A stretch of DNA of 64,000 nucleotides, taken from Candidatus Fermentithermobacillaceae bacterium. GTDB lineage: Bacteria; Bacillota; Sulfobacillia; Fermentithermobacillales; Fermentithermobacillaceae. Position numbers and translations under genes: made by a program. How positions within the stretch are numbered: the stretch's first letter is position 1; each line of letters begins with the position of its first letter. Location: positions 26,421 to 90,420 of the forward strand of contig DULO01000031.1 of the NCBI GenBank assembly GCA_012840345.1, given 5' to 3'. Positions 57,711 through 64,000 of this stretch are shown one piece after another. Below the pieces are notes generated by a model. That model was not told where the DNA came from. It saw only the letters and a program-made list of their open reading frames with translations, and did no database searches.

Positions 57711-58302
57711 TGGAAGTGACCTCCGCTTCCCCACCCGTTTGCGCCTTTGCCTGCTTGCCGCGAAGCTCAAACACCTTCTGGGCGCTTCTTAGCTCTTTTA
57801 GAGCCTGGATGGTAGCATAAACCACGTTGTACGGGTTCTCGGAACCCAACGACTTCGCCAAGACGTCCTGAATCCCCGCAAGCTCCATGAGGGGGCGCAC
57901 ACCGCGTCCGGCGATGATGCCGGTACCGGGCGACGCGGGCTTCAACAAAACCATGCCGGCGCCGAACTGGCCCAAGACTTCGTGGGGGATGGTATTCTCA
58001 TGCCTGGGAACCTCAATCAGGTTCTTCTTGGCGTCTTCAATTCCTTTTCTTATAGCGTCGGTAAGGTCGAGAGCTTTACCGAGGCCGGCTCCTACCTTTC
58101 CGTTCCCGTTCCCGACGACTACCAGGGCGCGGAAGCTGCGCCTGCGGCCGCCCTTGACGGTCTTGGAGACGGGGCCTACTGAAACGACCTCATCCCTAAA
58201 TTCGTCGCCCTGGCGATCCACGGGACCCTCTTTAGGGGGGTTCTCGTTACGACCTCTGCCTTTTGGACGTGACGGATTATCCACCAAGTAATCACCCCGC
58301 AT
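57697..58302 (-). CDS. rpsE: 30S ribosomal protein S5 (with Arg/Gly-rich N-terminal extension)
   Basis: The core [28 protein letters not shown] matches S5. The ATG immediately follows the rplR TAA, and an alternative GTG start lies ~27 codons in. The gene runs directly into rplO with no rpmD between. Confidence 0.85.
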   Translation of the reverse strand: MRGDYLVDNPSRPKGRGRNENPPKEGPVDRQGDEFRDEVVSVGPVSKTVKGGRRRSFRALVVVGNGNGKVGAGLGKALDLTDAIRKGIEDAKKNLIEVPRHENTIPHEVLGQFGAGMVLLKPASPGTGIIAGRGVRPLMELAGIQDVLAKSLGSENPYNVVYATIQALKELRSAQKVFELRGKQAKAQTGGEAEVTSNGTA

Positions 58303-58668
58303 TTAAAAATCCAGCCCGCCTTCACGAGCGGCATCTGCCAACGCTTTCACTCTTCCGTGATAGAGGTAGCCGCCCCGGTCGAAGACTACCTGCTTAATGC
58401 CTTTATCTAGGGCTCTCTGGGCAATCATCTTTCCGACCGCCTGAGCCGCGGCGATGTTCCCGCCGCTCTTGTGGGTCTCTCTGAAAGCCGGTTCGTTTGA
58501 GGACGCGAAGGCCAAAGTTACCCGAGCGGTGTCGTCCACAACCTGAGCGTATATATGGTTCAGGCTTCGAAACACGCACAGCCTAGGCCTCTCGGGCGTT
58601 CCCACGACTTTCTTTCGCACCCTAAGGTGGCGCCTGACCCTCTTTTCTTCCTTTCCTTTCACAGCCAT
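58303..58668 (-). CDS. rplR: 50S ribosomal protein L18
   Basis: 121 aa. Confidence 0.9.
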   Translation of the reverse strand: MAVKGKEEKRVRRHLRVRKKVVGTPERPRLCVFRSLNHIYAQVVDDTARVTLAFASSNEPAFRETHKSGGNIAAAQAVGKMIAQRALDKGIKQVVFDRGGYLYHGRVKALADAAREGGLDF

Positions 58669-58697
58669 AGAAGGTCTATCCTCCCTGCTCTTTCCCG

Positions 58698-59234
58698 CTA
58701 CTTAGCGCTCTTCGCGGCCTTGCGTCGTATCTTCTCGCCGACGTACTTAACACCCGTGCCCTGGTACGGCTCGGGCGGCCTTAGTCTCCTGATGTTGGCC
58801 GCGATCTGCCCCACTACTTCCTTGTCGATACCGCGAATGGTAACGCTGGTCGGGGTCGGGACGTCTATTTCGACGTCCTTGGGCGGGACGATCTCCACAG
58901 GTCTGATGAACCCAAGGTTTAGGACCAACTTGTCTCCTTGCTTCTGCGCGCGGTAACCCATACCCGAAATCTCTAGGCCCTTGGAGTAGCCTTCGGTTAC
59001 TCCGGTGATCATGTTGGCCAGGAGAGTGCGGGTAAGCCCGTGCATTGCCCTGTGAGTCTTGTCGTCGCTGGGCCTCTCGACCGTGGCGGTATTGCCCTCG
59101 ACGGTAATCTTCATGTCCGGATGAAAACGCCTAGTAAGGGTCCCCTTAGGTCCCTTGACCGTGACCTCTCCATCCTTCTGGGTCACGACGACCCCTGACG
59201 GGATCGGTATTGGTTTGCTGCCTATTCGAGACAC
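58698..59234 (-). CDS. rplF: 50S ribosomal protein L6
   Basis: 178 aa. Confidence 0.9.
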   Translation of the reverse strand: MSRIGSKPIPIPSGVVVTQKDGEVTVKGPKGTLTRRFHPDMKITVEGNTATVERPSDDKTHRAMHGLTRTLLANMITGVTEGYSKGLEISGMGYRAQKQGDKLVLNLGFIRPVEIVPPKDVEIDVPTPTSVTIRGIDKEVVGQIAANIRRLRPPEPYQGTGVKYVGEKIRRKAAKSAK

Positions 59235-59256
59235 GTCAAAGACCTCCCGAGGATTC

Positions 59257-59652
59257 TTACCATACGTAGCAGATTACTTCTCCGCCCAATCCGCGCGCCC
59301 GGGCCTCTTTGTCCGTCATAATCCCCTGGGAAGTGGAGACCACGGCTATGCCGAGACCTCCCAATACCCTCGGGATTTCGTCCTTTCGGGCGTAAACGCG
59401 GAGTCCGGGCTTTGAGATCTGCTTAATGCCGGTAATCGCTCTGGTCCTGCCCGCGCCGTACTTCAGGTAAATCTTCAGCTTAGCCACGGGCTTTTCCGGG
59501 ATTACCTCGTAATCTCTTATATAACCCTCCGCCTTGAGAACGCTCGCGATCCTCTCTTTGAGCTTGGAGGTGGGAAACTCCAGCTTCTCATGCCTGGCCA
59601 TGCCGGCGTTGCGGAGCCTCGTCAGCATATCCCCAACAGGGTCGTGTGTCAC
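59257..59652 (-). CDS. rpsH: 30S ribosomal protein S8
   Basis: 131 aa beginning [16 protein letters not shown]. Confidence 0.9.
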   Translation of the reverse strand: MTHDPVGDMLTRLRNAGMARHEKLEFPTSKLKERIASVLKAEGYIRDYEVIPEKPVAKLKIYLKYGAGRTRAITGIKQISKPGLRVYARKDEIPRVLGGLGIAVVSTSQGIMTDKEARARGLGGEVICYVW

Positions 59653-59665
59653 GGTGATCCCCCTC

Positions 59666-59851
59666 CTACCAACTGGCCTTGGTTACGCCAGGAATCTCTC
59701 CACGGTGAGCCAACACCCTGAAGCAGTGCCTGCAGAGCCCAAACTTGCGCATTACCGAGTGGGAGCGTCCGCAGATCTGGCACCTGTTGACTCTCTGAGT
59801 CCGGTATTTTGGCTCCTTTTTTGCCTTGTTGATTTTGGCTATAGACGCCAA
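59666..59851 (-). CDS. rpsZ: 30S ribosomal protein S14 type Z (zinc-binding)
   Basis: 61 aa with [10 protein letters not shown]...CRHCFR. Confidence 0.9.
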   Translation of the reverse strand: MASIAKINKAKKEPKYRTQRVNRCQICGRSHSVMRKFGLCRHCFRVLAHRGEIPGVTKASW

Positions 59852-59863
59852 GTAATCTCCTCC

Positions 59864-60415
59864 TTACTGCCTAAACGGCATTCCTAGGGCCTTAAGAAGG
59901 AACAAGCCCTCTTCATCGGTCCTGGCGGTTGTCGTAAGGGTGATGTTCATTCCCCGGATCTTGCTGACCTTGTCGTACTCGATCTCAGGGAAGATGATCT
60001 GTTCTCTGAGCCCAAGGGAGAAGTTGCCTCTCCCGTCAAAACCGTCAGTCGAAATTCCTCTAAAGTCCCTGATACGGGGCATGACCACATTGAAAAGCTT
60101 CTCAAGGAAGTCGTACATGCGGTCCCCGCGCAAGGTTACCTTGCAGCCTACGTTCATTCCCGCCCTCACTTTGAACGCGGAGATGGAACGTTTGGCCTTG
60201 GTAATGACCGGCTTCTGGCCGGCAATCTTCATGAGGTCCGAAACCGCGCCCTCAATCGCGTCGGCGTTCTGGGTGGCTTCACCCACTCCCATGTTGATGG
60301 TGACCTTGGTTATCTTGGGCACCTGCATTTCGTTCCGGTACCCAAAGGCCTTCATCATCGCTGGGACGACCTCTTTACGGTATAGTTCCTTTAGGGCCAC
60401 GTCACTCGACCTCAC
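59864..60415 (-). CDS. rplE: 50S ribosomal protein L5
   Basis: 183 aa. Confidence 0.9.
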   Translation of the reverse strand: MRSSDVALKELYRKEVVPAMMKAFGYRNEMQVPKITKVTINMGVGEATQNADAIEGAVSDLMKIAGQKPVITKAKRSISAFKVRAGMNVGCKVTLRGDRMYDFLEKLFNVVMPRIRDFRGISTDGFDGRGNFSLGLREQIIFPEIEYDKVSKIRGMNITLTTTARTDEEGLFLLKALGMPFRQ

Positions 60416-60738
60416 TTGTCAATGGCTTCTCCACATTTGTGGCAGACACGGACTTTCTTGTCTGGGCCTACCCTGAATCCTAGCCTCGTGGGCTTGGAGC
60501 ACTTCGGGCATACCAGCATTACGTTTGACCTGTGGATTGGCCCTTCGCTTTCTATAATGCCGCCCTGCTGAACGTCCTTGGTCGGCCGCTGGTGCTTTTT
60601 CCTGATGTTGACGCCCTCAACTATCAGGTAACCCTTAGCGGGCATGGCCCTCATGACCTTGCCCTTCTTGCCCTTGTACTTACCGGTGATAACCAGGACC
60701 GTATCGTCCTTGCGAATATCCATAAGACACTGCACCAC
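60412..60738 (-). CDS. rplX: 50S ribosomal protein L24
   Basis: 108 aa KOW-domain protein with a C-terminal CxxC...CxxC extension. Confidence 0.85.
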   Translation of the reverse strand: MVQCLMDIRKDDTVLVITGKYKGKKGKVMRAMPAKGYLIVEGVNIRKKHQRPTKDVQQGGIIESEGPIHRSNVMLVCPKCSKPTRLGFRVGPDKKVRVCHKCGEAIDK

Positions 60739-60747
60739 CCTTCCGTC

Positions 60748-61116
60748 CTATATGACTTCGGGGGCCAAAGAGATAATCTTGGTGTACCTCTTATCCCTGA
60801 GCTCCCTGGCCACGGGCCCAAAAATGCGCGTCCCCTGTGGCTCCTTCTCATCACGAAGGATGACGGCGGCGTTGTCGTCAAATTTGATGTAGGTACCGTC
60901 GGGCCTTCTCACATTCTTCGTGGTCCTGACCACGACCGCCCTCACTACCTGACCCTTCTTGACAACGCCTCCGGGAGTGGCCTCTTTAACGGTGCAGACG
61001 ATAATGTCGCCGAGACCCGCGTAACGGCGGTGGGCGCCGCCCAAGACCTTGATGCACATAACCTTCTTGGCTCCCGTGTTGTCGGCCACGTTCAACCTGG
61101 TTTGAACCTGAATCAC
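60748..61116 (-). CDS. rplN: 50S ribosomal protein L14
   Basis: 122 aa beginning [17 protein letters not shown]. Confidence 0.9.
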   Translation of the reverse strand: MIQVQTRLNVADNTGAKKVMCIKVLGGAHRRYAGLGDIIVCTVKEATPGGVVKKGQVVRAVVVRTTKNVRRPDGTYIKFDDNAAVILRDEKEPQGTRIFGPVARELRDKRYTKIISLAPEVI

Positions 61117-61400
61117 GAGGCGTCACCTCCGACGGGAGTTCCATCGCGGTCGGTGAGAATCTCGGCTATTCGCCATCTCTTTTGCGCCGAAAGGGGCCTT
61201 GTCTCAACCAGACGCACTTTGTCGCCGACTTTCGCGGCGTTGTTCTCATCATGAGCCTTCACCCTGTGCGTGGAGAGCACTCTCTTGCGGTAGATGGGAC
61301 TGACCTTCCATGACTCGATGCGGACCACACGGGTCTTATCCATCTTGTCGCTCACTACCACGCCGGTGACTTCCTTGCGCTTCGCGCGTTCCATGATCAA
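61113..61400 (-). CDS. rpsQ: 30S ribosomal protein S17
   Basis: 95 aa. Confidence 0.9.
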   Translation of the reverse strand: MIMERAKRKEVTGVVVSDKMDKTRVVRIESWKVSPIYRKRVLSTHRVKAHDENNAAKVGDKVRLVETRPLSAQKRWRIAEILTDRDGTPVGGDAS

Positions 61401-61612
61401 CCCTCCTGAGGGAGCTTCGCGAGTTCCCGCTGGCGCTGAATGGTCTTCACCCTGGCGATGGACCGCTTGACCTCCCGAATGCGCATTACGTCGTCAAGCT
61501 GCCCTGTGGTCATCTGAAAACGCAGGTTGAAGAGCTCCTCCTGAAGGTCCAAAAGCCTCTTTTCCAGATCCGCGTCACTTAGACTCCTAATCTCCTGCGC
61601 CTTCATTCTCAT
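61397..61612 (-). CDS. rpmC: 50S ribosomal protein L29
   Basis: 71 aa. Confidence 0.85.
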   Translation of the reverse strand: MRMKAQEIRSLSDADLEKRLLDLQEELFNLRFQMTTGQLDDVMRIREVKRSIARVKTIQRQRELAKLPQEG

Positions 61613-62051
61613 TCACCGCCTTCTCAAGCGTCTCTCCGGTCACTTCGCGCCGCGCCTGAAACTTAGTTCGGATGGGGAGCTTAGTGCCGGCAAGCCGCAA
61701 GGCTTCCCTTGCGTCGGCCTCTGGCACCCCGGCTATCTCAAACAGAATGCGTCCGGGCTTGACCACAGCCACCCAGTATTCGGGGTTACCCTTTCCGCCG
61801 CCCATACGAGTTTCCGCAGGCTTCTTGGTCACAGGCTTGTCGGGGAAGATCCTGATCCAAACCTTGCCGCCTCTCCTGATGTAACGGGTGAGAGCCACCC
61901 TAGCGGCCTCAATCTGCCTGTCGGTAATCCAGGCGGGGTCCAAAGCCTGCAAACCGTACTCCCCGTAAAACACTTCGTTGCCGCGCTTGGCCTCACCGTG
62001 CATCTTGCCGCGGTGTTGCTTGCGCCACTTAAATCTCTTGGGCATCAACAT
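61587..62051 (-). CDS. rplP: 50S ribosomal protein L16
   Basis: 154 aa beginning [15 protein letters not shown]. Confidence 0.9.
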   Translation of the reverse strand: MLMPKRFKWRKQHRGKMHGEAKRGNEVFYGEYGLQALDPAWITDRQIEAARVALTRYIRRGGKVWIRIFPDKPVTKKPAETRMGGGKGNPEYWVAVVKPGRILFEIAGVPEADAREALRLAGTKLPIRTKFQARREVTGETLEKAVNENEGAGD

Positions 62052-62054
62052 GGC

Positions 62055-62717
62055 TTAGTTCCCTCCCTCTGTCGCGACGGGTCTCTGCTTAGCGGGAAGG
62101 ATGTCGCCCTTGTAGATCCACACTTTGATGCCGATCCGTCCGTAAGTCGTGTGGGCTTCGGAAAACCCGTAGTCGACATCGGCGCGGAGCGTATGAAGGG
62201 GAACGGTCCCCTCGCCGGCGCGCTCGCTGCGCGCGATTTCGGCTCCCTGCAACCTTCCGGAAATCCTAATCCTAATACCCTTCGCTCCCGCTCTCATGGC
62301 CCTCAGCATCGCCTGCCGCATTGCCCTGCGGTAAGACACTCGTCTCTCGATGGATTCCGCGATGTTATCGGCCACAAGCTGAGCGTCCATCTCAGGGTTC
62401 TTCACCTCGACGGCGTGAAGGATGACCCTCTTCTTGGTAAGTTCCGCCAGCTCTTTGCGGACGGTCTCAATGCCGGTGCCGCCTCGGCCGATAACGATGC
62501 CGGGCTTGGCGGCATGGATCGTGACCGTAACTTCTTGAGGCTTTCTCTCAATGACGACCCGTGAGATGCCGGCCAAAGGCAAACGCTTCTTGATGAAGTC
62601 CCTGATTTTCTTGTCTTCCAGCAAGAGTTCTGAGAAGTCTTTGCGGGCAAACCACCGGGAGTCCCAGTCGTAGATAACCCCGACTCTAAACCCTTTCGGA
62701 TGAACCTTCTGTCCCAA
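62055..62717 (-). CDS. rpsC: 30S ribosomal protein S3
   Basis: 220 aa beginning [13 protein letters not shown]. Confidence 0.9.
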   Translation of the reverse strand: MGQKVHPKGFRVGVIYDWDSRWFARKDFSELLLEDKKIRDFIKKRLPLAGISRVVIERKPQEVTVTIHAAKPGIVIGRGGTGIETVRKELAELTKKRVILHAVEVKNPEMDAQLVADNIAESIERRVSYRRAMRQAMLRAMRAGAKGIRIRISGRLQGAEIARSERAGEGTVPLHTLRADVDYGFSEAHTTYGRIGIKVWIYKGDILPAKQRPVATEGGN

Positions 62718-62719
62718 GG

Positions 62720-63061
62720 TTAGCCCTCCCCTCTTTCTCTGACGACCACAGTAATGTGGGACGTCTTTTTCAAAATCGGAAACGCTTGACCTCTCTGGCG
62801 CGGGTGGAACCTCTTGAGCGTAGGCCCTTGGTCCACGTAAATCTCGGACACCACGAGAGAATCCCTGTCCATCTCCATGTTGTTCTCAGCGTTGGCCGCC
62901 GCCGAAGTGATGACCTTCTCCAACCAGCGACTGGCACGCTTCGGCGTGTATTTCAATATGGCCAGCGCGTCCTTGACGGGCTTTCCCCGAACGAGATCCG
63001 CTACGATTCGTACTTTCGAAGGGGAAATCCTCAAGTGCTTCAAATAAGCTCTGGCTTCCAT
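62720..63061 (-). CDS. rplV: 50S ribosomal protein L22
   Basis: 113 aa. Confidence 0.9.
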   Translation of the reverse strand: MEARAYLKHLRISPSKVRIVADLVRGKPVKDALAILKYTPKRASRWLEKVITSAAANAENNMEMDRDSLVVSEIYVDQGPTLKRFHPRQRGQAFPILKKTSHITVVVRERGEG

Positions 63062-63079
63062 GATTGCCGGATTACCCCC

Positions 63080-63364
63080 CTACTTGAGCGCGGTCGAACG
63101 CTCTGTGTGATGACCGTGACCTCTAAATGTACGAGTGGGAGCGAATTCGCCAAGCTTGTGACCTACCGCGTCTTCGGTGATATACACAGGAACGTGCTTT
63201 CTACCGTCATGAACCGCGATGGTGTGCCCCAGCATCTCAGGCACTATGGTGCAATCCCGTGCCCAGGTCCGTATCACTCGCTTCTCGTTCTTCCTGTTCA
63301 TCTCCCGGATTTTCTCAATCAATTTGGGATCGACATACGGTCCCTTCTTGGTTGACCGGCTCAC
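63080..63364 (-). CDS. rpsS: 30S ribosomal protein S19
   Basis: 94 aa beginning [15 protein letters not shown]. Confidence 0.9.
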   Translation of the reverse strand: MSRSTKKGPYVDPKLIEKIREMNRKNEKRVIRTWARDCTIVPEMLGHTIAVHDGRKHVPVYITEDAVGHKLGEFAPTRTFRGHGHHTERSTALK

Positions 63365-63388
63365 AATCGCCCCCTCCTTCCCCTTGTG

Positions 63389-64000
63389 TTATTTCCTGCG
63401 CTTAACGATCAACTTGTCAGATGCCTTGTTCTTCTTCCTTGTCTTGTATCCAAGGGCAGGCTTACCCCAAGGAGTTAGAGGCCCGGGATGCCCGATGGGC
63501 GACTTGCCCTCGCCTCCGCCGTGGGGGTGATCCACCGGGTTCATAACCACACCGCGAACGGTCGGTCTCCAACCCATGTGACGCCTGATTCCAGCCTTGC
63601 CCAATGAGATGTTCTCATGCTCGACGTTGCCAACTTGGCCCACGGTCGCCTTGCACATTACAGGCACTTTCCTCTGCTCTCCAGAGGGAAGCCTCAGGAG
63701 GGCGAACCCGCCTTCCTTGGCCATCAACTGGGCCTGCTGTCCGGCGCTTCGCACCAGCTGAGCTCCCTTGCCGGGAACCAGCTCGATGTTGTGGACCATT
63801 GTGCCGGTGGGGATGCTGTCCAGCGGCAAGGCGTTACCCACCTTTATGTCGGCGTCGGGGCCCGAGCGGACCACGTCGTTAACCGCGAGTCCCGCGGGGG
63901 CCAAAATGTAACGCTTCTCGCCGTCTGCGTACACGAGCAGAGCCAACCTGGCGGTCCTGCCGGGATCGTACTCAATGGCGGCCACTCTGGCAGGAATGCC
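63389..64000 (-). CDS. rplB: 50S ribosomal protein L2, C-terminal part (gene continues past window end)
   Basis: [24 protein letters not shown]-terminus. The ORF has no start within the window. Confidence 0.9.
   Translation of the reverse strand, partial: GIPARVAAIEYDPGRTARLALLVYADGEKRYILAPAGLAVNDVVRSGPDADIKVGNALPLDSIPTGTMVHNIELVPGKGAQLVRSAGQQAQLMAKEGGFALLRLPSGEQRKVPVMCKATVGQVGNVEHENISLGKAGIRRHMGWRPTVRGVVMNPVDHPHGGGEGKSPIGHPGPLTPWGKPALGYKTRKKNKASDKLIVKRRK

Overview
The window is 64 kb of high-GC (~60%) DNA from a Firmicutes/Clostridia-type, spore-forming chromosome. The phylum call rests on the B. subtilis-like order rpoA-rplQ-ecfA1-ecfA2-ecfT-truA-rplM-rpsI-cwlD, plus sporulation-type amidase and cortex-hydrolase genes. 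Almost everything is coded on the minus strand.

Right third (47-64 kb): the S10/spc/alpha ribosomal-protein cluster, running rplB to rpsI and including secY, adk, map, infA, rpmJ and rpoA. L30 (rpmD) is absent. The ECF energising module, truA and a cwlD-like amidase follow.

Left edge (1-2 kb): purF (partial), purE and hpt. guaB lies at 18.9-20.4 kb.

Middle (22-35 kb), on the minus strand except the beta-lactamase-like gene (plus): a glycoside-hydrolase-like gene, a cheX-cheR-cheY-cheA-cheW chemotaxis operon and a GH18/SH3 spore-cortex-hydrolase-like gene. After these come a class A beta-lactamase-like gene, a membrane dipeptidase and a ferredoxin. A histidine kinase / OmpR-type response regulator pair, an FMN-binding lipoprotein, a NYN-domain protein and tRNA-Arg(CCG) complete the block.

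Two regions look like accessory, poorly characterised systems.
(A) 36.0-46.1 kb is one tightly packed minus-strand operon. It encodes a GlmL/MutL-family ASKHA protein (EutA/GlmL-type B12-mutase reactivase family), a PLP alanine/ornithine-racemase-fold protein and a fused Memo(LigB-like)+AMMECR1 protein. An AmmeMemoRadiSam-type radical SAM enzyme follows, then a cyclic-2,3-diphosphoglycerate-synthetase-like (BioD-like P-loop) protein and an internal intrinsic terminator. Downstream of the terminator are a processive QxxRW GT2 glycosyltransferase, a second cpgS-like paralog and a UPF0016/GDT1-like membrane protein.
(B) 2.5-18.8 kb is a minus-strand cluster holding two paralogous two-gene modules, each a GlmL/MutL-family ASKHA protein plus a cytosolic biotinyl-like hybrid-barrel protein of unknown family. 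These are embedded with MacB/FtsX-type ABC exporter genes (two ATPases, two permeases) and an XRE-HTH+TPR regulator. An M20 amidohydrolase, a NodB deacetylase and an ATP-grasp ligase lie upstream.

Three GlmL/MutL-family paralogs therefore occur in this one window, each with a different partner. No transposase, integrase or CRISPR array was seen.
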